This document shows, one piece after another, positions 22,404 to 34,147 of a stretch of DNA of 64,000 bases. Source of the DNA: Nemertoderma westbladi (lineage: Eukaryota; Animalia; Xenacoelomorpha); assembly GCA_032718475.1 (NCBI GenBank), contig JAUCBJ010007494.1, positions 1 to 64,000 of the forward strand. The letters run 5' to 3'. Within the stretch, counting starts at the first letter, position 1. Every line of letters starts with the position of its first letter. Made by a program: the position numbers and the translations under genes. The notes beneath the pieces are model-generated. The model saw nothing but the letters and a program-made list of their open reading frames with translations, was not told the origin of the DNA and ran no database searches.

Positions 22404-24988
22404 CAACATACGGAGTGGGTGTGTGACTATATTATTTTGCATATTTTACTATTTTTATAATTATGTATGTATTATTATGTAATTTTATTATAATCGTTTT
22501 CTTTAATTTTATTTAGTCGAATATTATTTTAGTGATTATTTAGTGCAATGTATATATTCGTGTTTATTACTTAATTATGTATATTATATATTTAGTGCGA
22601 CGGCGAGAAATAATTATTTTCTCTTTCCTTACTGTCCGTATCATATTATAAATACGTGACTACAGTAAGATGAAATCTCCGTACTTATTAAAGTACAATA
22701 AAGCTCCTACTATATTCGAGTATTATTGGTAAGCAGAGTATTAGGAATGCAAAGTTCAGATCCTCGTGTCTCGGCTAAACCAAGCTCTGGGTAGACCTTG
22801 AAAACGACTTGCCTCTTCTCACTGACATTGCTTCGTGCGATATTGCTCTCATGCCGTATATTAAATAATACATATAGTAGCGTGATGTCCCTTTAACAGT
22901 AGCGTAAAACGCAAAATAAATGTGTTAAACCCTTTGACCATCTGCAATTCTAGTCTATTAAGATATCGTGGCACCCACCGATATACTTGAAAGACAAGCT
23001 TTAGAATCAGTGGTTAACGTCCCCAGACATGTCTGGAATAAACCGGTGCCCATCCTAAATAATAACAATTAATATTTATTAAAATCTGTAAAATTCAGAT
23101 CCATAAAAATTCTAGTCGATTAAGATATCGTAGCACTTACCGATACTCTTAAAAAGACAATTCATAGAATTAAGGATCTTAGTCCCCAGACATGTTCTGG
23201 AATAAAATTGTGTCTATTTAATATTAAATAATAAAATTACGGGAATAAATTTAAATTCATCTCTTTAATGAATTTGATAAATTGTTATTTTATACAATTT
23301 ATAATATTCCCAAAATTCCATTAATTAATAGATCATGGGAGCGGAGATTCACCCTATTAAGTGTATTAGTGTGCGAGAATCTCCAATATATAGTCAATAG
23401 CCGATAAAATTCATAAAATCATATATAAAGATGATATTGACCATTAAAGACTTACTATTAAATAGCATCCCAGATCTGTATGCATGGGAATTACCCTAAT
23501 TCTACCGCTAGCTTTCCATAATGTTACCATAGCAACAACCACGCTAGAATTAGAAGTGAGTTAACAGAACAATAAAAAGCTTGCTCATTGAATAGCATAC
23601 GGAATAAATAGCACACCGCTAGTATCCAAGGATACATAATAACAACGTGACATTCTGGAAAGCACTTGACTACCGGACAAATGACCTGAATGTGTGATAG
23701 AATGTGTACAATTTGTGATAGTTACGTGGAATTTGTGCGTTTGTAGGTGAATGTTACTACTAAGGTGTGTTTTCAGTAGCGAGTCGCAATTGTGAAAGTA
23801 ACCCTAACTCTGCAGTAAATCTAAGCCCTTGGGACGGACAGTGGAGTGACTCGTGCTGGTTGTCGTTGTCGTCGTGTAGCTACACGTTGGCAAAAAACAC
23901 AGCAACGACGATACATCGGTGCTGAGAATCTCGCACTGTCCGGGGGCAGAGAGGGGTAGGCAGCGACGCCTGCTAGCCTAAATATAAACTCATTATAATA
24001 TTAATAAACTCATATAGCAGATATGACTGAGTTGATAGAAGATGATCTTGGTATCAGGGAGCGATATACTCTATTTTTACAAGCGTTTGTTGATAGCTTG
24101 ATACGCAGCGACGCTGGTCCAACTACTATGGAGGACGATGGTCGTTATATCAAACCGCCAATGTTCCCAAGAGCAGCTCACGCGTGAGTTGGACTATAGA
24201 AAATTCACCGCTCGCTATACGCATTGTAATGGTACGTATATGGACTTCTTAACTACTGGTCATCCTATCGACCTACACGATACGGACGATATAGACACCG
24301 AAAGGGAAATGGTTTTATTTAAATATCATACCCAGTGGAAGCGGAACGATAAACTGAGACTCAAACACGAAAATTCTATTCGAAACCGACTCGAAAGTGA
24401 AGATGTTGAAGAGCCGGATAAACGCAGCGACTTCAACAAATATCTGGAATTCTTGAGAGAAACATATCTCAATATTACCAGTCAACAGAATCTAGAAACT
24501 CGATATCCTCAAGGTATACATCATGACCGCATGGTAGAACTCAAACGGCTCTATTCCACTATGATGTATCTTACCGCCGATCGACCGCTACCTGTTATAC
24601 CGGATAGCTTCGAACAGATGGAGGAATATTGTAAAACTGGAGAACGATCACCCGCGTTTCCCCTACAAGATGTGCGTCTTTGGTATTATTGCGATGAATG
24701 CCCTAGACCCAACCAACAAACGGAAAGACATAAACATCCGCGGAGACGTTGCACTAAACACGGTTTTACTCGCAATACTTGCAGGAGTTTCGAGCGAAAT
24801 TTGTTTGACGTATCACCTACGCTCATTCGACTCAGACGATCCTTAAATAAACCAATGATCAGAGTTCAGGAATACTCGATCAGACCTCCTCATTCCCTAA
24901 CAAGACCTCAGACTCTTGATCCTATTAGTATGACGGATCCGCCCGAGCTGTACTCACTGTTCAAAGATCTAGTGTTACCTGAACAATT

Positions 24989-26217
24989 TGTAAAAGCTTT
25001 TACTGAATTGTCCGGTTATTTTTCCTTATTTTTCCCGTAAAGTACTCTGTAGTTGGTTTACCAGGCATAAAAAGGCCGTGTCCTTGCTGTACTGGTGTTT
25101 TAGCGGACATAAGAGCTATTTCTTCTGTATTTGTACTTTAGAGGACATAATCCGTAATTCCGTGACGTAAAAGCACGATACTCTTGAAAACAGTGTCGCT
25201 ACCATGACGACGGCTAGCAGCTGATATTGCCACGTTGACGTTTCTTTGTTTCTCTGTTCTCTCGTTGTTCAGGTTGACCAATCAGAGCGTTTGTTATCTC
25301 TGTGTTGGAGGTATATACAGAAACTCAGTAGTTCAGTGTTATTGTTTTTGTCCAGAGCCTAAGAACCGGCTTTGGCACCTCCGTGTTTTAGTTTTTAGTC
25401 TTACACTAGTAGGTTTAATTATAAAGGGCATATATCCTTTAACGCACCTACCTGACTCATGGAATCACTGCATACTGATGACTGATGTCTGCATACTGCA
25501 GTACTGCATACACTGCATACTGTGTAACATTGTGCATACCTTTATATTGTTATACTGCTATTTACCGTCAGTTCTTCATAATATGGTTGATGAATAATTA
25601 TATTTGGAATAACGATAAACAACCCCGAAACCCAATGTTCTTGATATACCGAAGGTAAGAGAGAAGGGTTACAGATAAACGATTGTGACTTATGTTAAAG
25701 TGGTTTGAAGTGAATCTAATGTTATTTGATAGACCCTACATGAGCCAGTCTGTGTTCCTTATATATGTGACTAAAATCAGTGAAGATCGGCAGATTAGTG
25801 TGCAGTATTGTGCAGCATTGTGTATGAGTGAGTCTGTTAAAGAAGCATTCCTAAAGAATGCGCCATATATGTGAATTATAATTAAGCCATATCGTTGTGA
25901 GTGGTTTAAGTCATAACTCTGTTTATATAGATAAAGCGCCACGTCCTAAAGGAACTGTTAATATTCCCGAAGGTGAATAATATTGTCAGAGATTATATAA
26001 TACTGTCAGTCGAATAATACATTAGGCTTACATAGCAATAAAATTAAACCGTCGAACCCAATCTCCCGGGAATTTCCAGCGGGTGAATGGTCGCGCACGG
26101 ATTGGTTTCGACTAGTGTAGTGAATCAAATACTTGTCATAGACTAAAAACTGATTTAATATCTAGAAGACATCTTAATTTGGTGGGTTAAACTGCCAAAG
26201 GTCTGAAAGCGCGAACA
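24989..26217 (+). repeat. 5' LTR of element B
   Basis: TGTAAAAGCTTTT...GAAAGCGCGAACA; direct repeat of 35509-36737. Confidence 0.97.
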
Positions 26218-26479
26218 TTAAAGGATATAGCTTCTTTATTGCAGTAAGCAATAAAGTCGAAAGTACCGGTCGACCGGTAACCAGTAGGCCTGACTGCCTG
26301 ATCATCCGGACCGGTACCTACAGCAGTATTATTCGATTTTGATTGTTATATACCAGTAGGTCTTAATAATTAATCGGGGACGCCTGGTTTTTATTGAGAT
26401 TTTACTTATTTCTGTCAAGTTTTATTTATTTGTAAGCCAGTATTGAACAGAAGGCGTGTAAGCCTGATCAGATTGTACA

Positions 26480-27045
26480 GACAATTTGTAGGCTGAGCTG
26501 TTGTCTGATTGCTGTTAAGTCCGAACGAATTGCAGTGTGTGTAGAGCACTTGTCCGATTAAGTACGGTTAGGAAGTAGGGGCAGCAACGCTGTAAGGTAA
26601 TCCCCCAGATAAAGAATAAGTCGCACTACTGGGTTAGAGCGCATACTCCCTAATCATTTCGGAGTCTGCATGTCCTGTAGTTTATTTAGGCTTGAGAGTA
26701 GTCTGCCATCGTTTAGTCTGTACTTTGTTTGTGTAAGTCTGTACGGGTAGCGTATAATTTTATTTAGATAATTTGTAGGCTGGATAGTTGTCTGGCTGTT
26801 ATTAGGTCTGAACGGATTGCTGCGTGTGTAGATCATCTGTCCGATTAAGTACGATTAGGCAGTAGGGGCAGTGAACACTGTAAGGTAAACCCCCAACTAA
26901 AGAATAAGTCGCACTACTGGGTTAGAGCGCATACTCCCTAATCATTTCGGAGTCTGCATATACCGTAGTTTGTTTAGGCTTGATAGTAGTCTGTCAGTGT
27001 TCGGTCTGTATTTTGTTTGAGTAGTTTGTACGCGTAGCGTAATAT
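26480..27045 (+). repeat. ~288-bp tandem duplication in the leader of B (also in C at ~58420-58985)
   Basis: AAGAATAAGTCGCACTACTGGGTTAGAGCGCATACTCCCTAATCATTTCGGAGTCTGCAT at ~26612 and ~26900. Confidence 0.9.
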
Positions 27046-28361
27046 TTATTATTCAGAGTTTATGCGATTATTCGCAACATTCAAGTCCCCAAGTTTGTTC
27101 CTACAGTAATTGTGTTTGTTATACATACCGCTATAGTTAAATTAACCTCGGTACTACACGGGCTGCTCGGCGTAGGTAAAGACTGGTGATTTTGTGCATC
27201 GGTCACTCCAGCAGATGCCGTGGTTCTTTTAGCTGTTCAAGTATATTTAATTACTGATTAACTGTTGTGCAAGTACTCGTACCTAATTTAGGGTTTAGTG
27301 TACAGTGCTTTCCGAGAAGTAATTATTGTAGACATTATATTTGTGTTGTAAAGTGGTTGATAGGCACATTCGATTAGCTCTATTAACTTCTAGGTAGGAA
27401 CACTCCGTGATACATAACGTAGAACCTATAGCGATACGGCTATAGGTCGTCAGGCGGTGGCATTTTCCTATCTAGACAACGCAGTGTATTTACTACTACT
27501 TATTATTTCAAATACCGTAGTACCCTGTCCGCTGTAATAACCGGTTTTCTAACCCTTTGTTAGGCTGGTTTGTAGAATTCTTGTAAAATTACCCTAAAAA
27601 TTCGTATTTTGCGTTTTTGTAAAATTTTGTGTTTATTTAGAGATTGTAATCTCACCCGAATTGTACGTAATTTGTAGTATTAAGTAACTTAGGTAAATTA
27701 GAATTATTTGTTTTAGTGTCTCATAAGTAACACTTCACTGAAAGCGCACCGCTTTGTGTAGTGATTACCCCCAGAAATAATAACATTTATTTCAAACATT
27801 GACAAAACCCATTAAAACGGGTATATATATATTATAAATCAAATCTAACGATTTATAAATCGTAGGCCTACAATACAAACATTAGGTCTCAATATAAGTT
27901 GGACTACTGCTCAAATAACGGTAATAAAGTAAGTAAGTAACCAAGTAACCCTAAAGTTCAGAAATTCAGTTATTTTAAAATAATTGATATACCGGTATTT
28001 ACGATAGGCCTATTATCTTTATTCCTATAAATCTAGGCTGAAATTATACCGGTACGTGTAATTAATTCTATTTCAGAATTATATATCCTACAGACTGTAA
28101 GCTGTATACCGGTATTCCAGATAGGCCTATTATATATTTATATATATTTGTGCTAAAATTATACCGGTATTCGGTGATAAACCTAGTCTGTAATAATAGT
28201 TATATATACTATAAGCATACCGGTATTCTAATATATTATATATATCACGCTACACTGAGTAGCAGTACCGGTGATTAATTACTAGGCTAGCAGTTAATAC
28301 TGAGTTACTAGACTTGCTCAGACTGTAATACGGCAGTAGACATTCAACTGTACACATAAGC

Positions 28362-31300
28362 ATGTCTGACGCAAAGCAGAACCTGTCAGACAGTCTACTA
28401 GATACAACCGAGAGTGAAGTGACAGCAGAGAAACCGCATAAGAGGGATGCCATTGACATCTATCTGTCAGACTATCAGCGTTTTTTGGGAGATGAAGAGT
28501 TGAGGAGAAGGCTAGAGGGACTTAGCCCTAATAGCGAAGGAGCCAAACTCGTGTTAGATGCGATTGATGTGGATAGGTTAGCGGCGAACCAAGCTAAATT
28601 CGATGAACAACTCCGCATCGCTAGAGAACAAGAAGAACAAGTAAAGAAAAAACGTATAGAAGACAGAAAGATAGCAGCAGTGGCAGAGGCGGAAAGAAAA
28701 GCGACCTTGGCAGAAGCAGCGGCAGAGGCAAAAGCGGCAGCAGCAGAAGCAGAGGCAAAGGCAACAAAAGCAGCAGCAGAAGCAAAGGCAGAGGCAAAAG
28801 CGGCAGCGGCAGAGGTAAAAGCGGCAGCGGTGGCGGAAGCAGAACGGAGAGCATCTGAAGAGGCAACCCAACTAGAGTTGGAAAATCTTCAAGAGAGGCA
28901 AGACAACTTCAATAAACAGTTAACAGCTAGTAATATGCAGATGATGAGTCGATCTACTCCCAAAAGACAGGGATATACATCATCGGAGGAAGGCGATACC
29001 ACCGATACTGAAGGCAAAGGAAATAGATCTCGTCTAAGCAGACGTAAAAGAACATTCCACCGTCAGAAATTGCCTGATTTGCCTCCAGCTGTTAGAAGGC
29101 AACTAAATAACACCAACTTAGGTAGTACAGAGCCCACAGACCAAATAATTAAAATAGAAAGACTCCCTACTATAGTGGATGAGCCTGAAATAAGTAGGCC
29201 TGTTCTTGAAATCACCCCTACGGTAATAGATACATCTGTGCTCCCTGAAGCTACCTATAAATTCCCTCTACATAGCACTAAGCTACCTGTGCCCCGTAGG
29301 ACTGCCCGAGAGACAGTTCAGGTCCTGGACCCCGAGCGAAATATTCCGAATTTGTCGCCCGTTGTCCCTTGTCTGCCCGCTACGACGTTGGCGGATCCCG
29401 TTTCGGCGGTTGATTGGGTAGACGAGAGACGGCGGGGGATGGATATTCTCCTCGGAGAGATGAAGGAGAATCGGATACGCTCCTCCCAACAGGTCCGAGA
29501 GTTGGAAGGGACTGTCCAACATTTAAAGGGAACAGTGAGGGAAAGCAAGTTGGAGTTGCAAGAAGTGCAGCAAAATATCGCGCTAGAGCGCGATAAATTA
29601 GTAAGTTTACAAAAGGGTATACCACCACCCTCTGTAACAATGTGTCAACCTGTTAGGTCTGAAGTATTGCATGCGCAAGGTGTGGAGCCTACACGCATAT
29701 ATACTGCTAGCGAAGTAGAAACTCCTATAGTGAACCCTATTAAGGGTAATTATAGACCTGTTGATAATGATATTCCCTATAGAACTGATCATAATCCGAG
29801 AAATTTATATACCGATAACTCGATATTAAATAGCACGATGGCCCAAGAAAGTTTTACGCGTCAAATGGCTAGAACCGAAGCCCGGCAAGCGGTAAAGGTT
29901 GGAGAGATTGTCAAGTTCAATGGAGATGAGATGAAATGGTTACCTTTTAATGAATATTACAAAGATAACATACAGAACTCTGTACTATCTAATGGAGAGA
30001 AACTTAGATTCCTCATCGAATGTTTGGAAGGACCTCCCAAGTCAATGGCGTTAAAATTTATTGGACATCCAGATGGATTAAGACAAGTTTGGGATACACT
30101 AAACATCAGGTATGGTAATAGGAATGACATAGCTGGGTATTTGTATGCAAAATTAATGGCGCCCCGAAAGTTTCTTAGCAGCGGGATTATAGAGTTTTCC
30201 GATGAGATTCAGGAGATCTGTAGACAATTAGATTGGCTAGGTAAGTCTCATGAATACCAGAATTCTATGGTTGTAAGAGCCTTAGCATCTGCTTTGCCCA
30301 AGGGTGGAGTAGGTACACGCTGGGATAAGAAGGTGTTATATATGATGGAACAACAACGACGAGACCCTACCATGACTGATCTCATGTCATTCTTAGATAG
30401 AGAAGTGAAATTACAGCTCCTAAGGCAGTCCAGAGAGAAGACATTGGAAAACAAGGTAAGTGAGAAACCCGTTTCTAGGAGAAGGGTAACACCAGTATGT
30501 TATACCGACGACGGTGAAAGCCAAACCTCTCAAGGAGAGGACAGCGGGAAAGACACTGACAGACCTTATTATGTCAATAAAATGCCTAAAGAACAGGTAA
30601 GTAAATCCAAGTCTCGACCCAATGACAGAAGGGAACCGATACAAAAAACCCCTCCTACGTCTCCTAAAGGAATTCAGGTGAGAAAGCCCGAGGAAAGAAC
30701 AAGTGTGCACCACATAGCACAGGTTAAAGTAAGTAACATCAAGCCGAAATGTGTGCTGTGCGACGGGCCCCACCGTTTAAATGCGTGTGATAAATTCCTG
30801 AGGAAATCACTCGAGGATAGACGTGAAGTCATGTGGGATAAGCGGTTGTGTTATAATTGCCTCAGACGAGGACACCAACGGCGAACCTGTAACTCCGACG
30901 CAAGGTGTGCAAAGTGCGGCGCAAAACATCATATCTTGTTGCACACGGAATTCGAACGAAACAGCCCGAGTCAGGTAAGTGAGTCCGAACTACATGTCCA
31001 ATTCAGTGATGTGAACGACACTGATCAATCTGAGATGGAAGGATTCTATACGGACGAGTTCTCCGACCAAAACGAATCCTGTTACCTAATAAACACCACC
31101 GCAGTGTATCGAGCACTCGTGTATGAGAAAGACACAGACGGCGACCTTACCTTAACTACTTCCGATCAACAACCATCTTGGAAAGCGCCAACTTCCAATA
31201 TAGGGATCCGAGAGTTTCCTGTGGTGCAGGTAAGGGTGCACGGACCTAAACGGAGTTATGTAGTGAACGCCCTCCTGGACTCCGGCAGCACAGGAACATT

Positions 31301-32492
31301 CATCGATAAAGAGCTAGCCGAAGATATATTTGCTGGACAGCCCAAGTTCCAAACTAAGCTCAACATGTCTGGCATTATGCAAGTTTGGAAATCTACAATA
31401 ACAGCTGCTGATTATTATGTAGGCGCGTTGTCCACCCCACAAGACGAACTAGGAGAACACAGCATAAGGTCAGTGAAAATGGTGGCTATAAAGAACTTCG
31501 CTACTACTCAAGCAGACCTTTATAATTGGGATGAGGATGAGAGCATACAACATCTTAACATACCTCGATTCCAGACTGATTATCCTGGAGTGCAAATACT
31601 CATCGGCCAAAACGCGCATGAGGCGCTGGAGACATTAGAGAAACGACCTGCTCAACCGCAGCCACTACAGACCTATGCGGTAAGAACTAGAGTAGGTTGG
31701 TACCTTACTGGACCTTCCCGTAGAACGCTCAGGGAAAGACTGCTTCAAGATCGTGTCTGCCAGGTGAGTGAATGGGAAGACGATACTAGTGAGGGAGACG
31801 ACCCAACTGAGGGAACACCACACTCCTCAGATAATGACAATCTTAGCTCCAATGTAGATCAATGGAGATATTGCCCCAAGAAGTTTAATCCAACGGACAT
31901 CGCTTCCAGAGGAGCAACTCCTCAAGAACTGACAGATACTATAGACCGGTTAGGTGAACCCGACTTCCTGAGTAAGGAGAATGAATGGCCTCCCCATCTT
32001 ACTCCGACTGAGATTAGACCAGCCAAGGGAGCGGAGAAAGTCGAACCTGAAACCCGGACGGGTGGATCGGAGTTATTTGAACCCGGGATAGATCTGTCGG
32101 TATTACATGTTGCCAGGGACGACGCCGTGGATCTGGGCCTCCCCTCCGCGAGTGGATCCTTCATGAAGATCAGAGAGAGCGATTGGAGCTCTGGAACATC
32201 AGACGTCTCGCAGGGACTCTCACCTCTCCTGCAGAGAGCGACGGACCACTATAGCTCCTGGAATCGGCTTTGTGACGCCGTCATATACTTTGAGCGATGT
32301 TTCTATCGTCACTATTCCAGGACGAAGAGGAAACCTGGAATTGTATTCAGGATGCAGCGACTCAATCACCCAGTCGGTCGTTTGTGTTTATCGGAAGGGA
32401 ATGGAGGACTCTCCGGAAACTGTGGAAGACAAGATTCTCTTCCCACGACCACCTCCCTAATCCTTCAAACATCTAGGGACTCCATAACGTAA
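28362..32492 (+). CDS. BEL/Pao gag-protease polyprotein lacking RT and integrase (1376 aa)
   Basis: Ala/Glu/Lys repeat, capsid-like KFNGDEMKW..EKLRFLIECL, three Cys/His knuckles, LLDSGSTGTFI protease, then a jump to the RNase H end (QWRYCPKKFNPTDIASRG) and SSWNRL linker; no YxDD or DDE motifs. Confidence 0.92.
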   Translation: MSDAKQNLSDSLLDTTESEVTAEKPHKRDAIDIYLSDYQRFLGDEELRRRLEGLSPNSEGAKLVLDAIDVDRLAANQAKFDEQLRIAREQEEQVKKKRIEDRKIAAVAEAERKATLAEAAAEAKAAAAEAEAKATKAAAEAKAEAKAAAAEVKAAAVAEAERRASEEATQLELENLQERQDNFNKQLTASNMQMMSRSTPKRQGYTSSEEGDTTDTEGKGNRSRLSRRKRTFHRQKLPDLPPAVRRQLNNTNLGSTEPTDQIIKIERLPTIVDEPEISRPVLEITPTVIDTSVLPEATYKFPLHSTKLPVPRRTARETVQVLDPERNIPNLSPVVPCLPATTLADPVSAVDWVDERRRGMDILLGEMKENRIRSSQQVRELEGTVQHLKGTVRESKLELQEVQQNIALERDKLVSLQKGIPPPSVTMCQPVRSEVLHAQGVEPTRIYTASEVETPIVNPIKGNYRPVDNDIPYRTDHNPRNLYTDNSILNSTMAQESFTRQMARTEARQAVKVGEIVKFNGDEMKWLPFNEYYKDNIQNSVLSNGEKLRFLIECLEGPPKSMALKFIGHPDGLRQVWDTLNIRYGNRNDIAGYLYAKLMAPRKFLSSGIIEFSDEIQEICRQLDWLGKSHEYQNSMVVRALASALPKGGVGTRWDKKVLYMMEQQRRDPTMTDLMSFLDREVKLQLLRQSREKTLENKVSEKPVSRRRVTPVCYTDDGESQTSQGEDSGKDTDRPYYVNKMPKEQVSKSKSRPNDRREPIQKTPPTSPKGIQVRKPEERTSVHHIAQVKVSNIKPKCVLCDGPHRLNACDKFLRKSLEDRREVMWDKRLCYNCLRRGHQRRTCNSDARCAKCGAKHHILLHTEFERNSPSQVSESELHVQFSDVNDTDQSEMEGFYTDEFSDQNESCYLINTTAVYRALVYEKDTDGDLTLTTSDQQPSWKAPTSNIGIREFPVVQVRVHGPKRSYVVNALLDSGSTGTFIDKELAEDIFAGQPKFQTKLNMSGIMQVWKSTITAADYYVGALSTPQDELGEHSIRSVKMVAIKNFATTQADLYNWDEDESIQHLNIPRFQTDYPGVQILIGQNAHEALETLEKRPAQPQPLQTYAVRTRVGWYLTGPSRRTLRERLLQDRVCQVSEWEDDTSEGDDPTEGTPHSSDNDNLSSNVDQWRYCPKKFNPTDIASRGATPQELTDTIDRLGEPDFLSKENEWPPHLTPTEIRPAKGAEKVEPETRTGGSELFEPGIDLSVLHVARDDAVDLGLPSASGSFMKIRESDWSSGTSDVSQGLSPLLQRATDHYSSWNRLCDAVIYFERCFYRHYSRTKRKPGIVFRMQRLNHPVGRLCLSEGNGGLSGNCGRQDSLPTTTSLILQTSRDSIT

Positions 32493-34147
32493 CAACATAT
32501 GGAGTGGGTGTGTGACTCTATTATTTTATATTATTTTATTATTTTTATATTTCTGTATGTATTACTATGTAATTTTATTATAATCGTTTTCTTTAATTTT
32601 ATTCAGTAGAATGTTATTTTAGCGATTATTTAGTAGATTAGTGCAATATATATTCGCGTTTATTACTTAATTACGTATATATTATATTTAATGCGACGGC
32701 AAGAAATAATTCTTTTCCTCTTTCCTTACTGTCCGTATCATATTATAAATACGTGACTACAGTAAGATGAAATGTCCGTACTTATTAAAGTACAATAAAG
32801 CCACTACTATATTTAAGTATTATTGGTAGGCAGAGTATTAGGAATGCAAAGTTCAGATCCTCGTGTCTCGGCTAAACCAAGCTCTGGGTAGACCTTGGAA
32901 ACGACTTGCCTCTTCACACTGACATTGCTTCGTGCGATATTGCTCTCATACCGTATATTAAATAATACATATAGTAGCGTGATGTCTCTTTAACAGTAGC
33001 GTGTAACGCAAAATAAATCTGTTAAACCCTTTGACCATCTGTAATTCTAGTCGATTAAGATATCGCGGCACCCACCGATATCCTTGAAAGACAAATTCTA
33101 GAATCAGTGGTTAACGTCCCCAGACAAGTTCTGGAATAAATCGGTGCCCATCTCAAATATTAATTAGTTAATATTTACAAATCAAATAAGTCAAAATCTG
33201 TAAAATCCAGATCCTTCAACAATTCTAGTCAATTAAGATATCGTAGCATTTACCGATATTCTTAAAGAGACAATTTCTTAGAATTAAGGATCTTGTGCCC
33301 CTAGACATGTTCTAGAATCAAAATATGTCCATTTAATTATCAAATAATAAAATTTCAGGGAATAAATTTAAATTCATGCCTTTTAATGAATTTAATAAAT
33401 TGCCATTTTACGCAATTTATAAAGTTCCCAAAATTCCATTAATTAATAGATCAAGGGAGCGGAGATTTATCTTATCATGCGTATGAGAGTGTGAAAGTCT
33501 CCCAAACATAGTTAATAGCCGATAAAATTCTTAAAGTCATGTATAAACAGGACATTGACTATTAAAGAATTCCTATTAAATAACATCCCAGATCTGTATG
33601 CATTGGAATTACTCTAATTCTACCGCTAGCTTTGCATAATGTCACCATAGCAACAACCACGCTAGAATTAGAATTGAGTTAAAAGAACAATAGAAAGCTT
33701 GTCCCATTGAATAGCATAGGGAATAAATAGCGCACTACTAGTATCCAAGGATACATAATAATACAGTGACATTCTGGAAGGCATTGACTAACGGACAAAT
33801 GGCTCGAATGTGTGTAATTTGTGACAAGTTGTGTGTGTGGTATTTGTGAGTTTATAGGTGAATGTTACTGCTAAGGTGTGTTTACAGTAGCCAGTAGCAA
33901 TCGTAAAGTAACCTAACTCTCCAAGGAATACCTGAAGTACATCTAAGTCTTTGGGACGGACAGTCGAGTGACTTGTGCCGGTTGTCGTTGTCGTTGTGCG
34001 GCTACGTCGTTGGCGAAAGTACAGCGGCGACGACACATCGGCGCTGAGGATCTCGTACTGTCCGGGGGTTAATTGGAGTAGGCAGCGACGCTCGCTAGCC
34101 TGAATATAAACTCCTTATAATGTGGATAAACTCATATATAGCAGACA

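Noticed and set aside
25235-25942. Short ORFs in the LTRs (also 35785-36462 and 57596-57847)
   Set aside because: They repeat only because the LTRs repeat; frames differ between B and C
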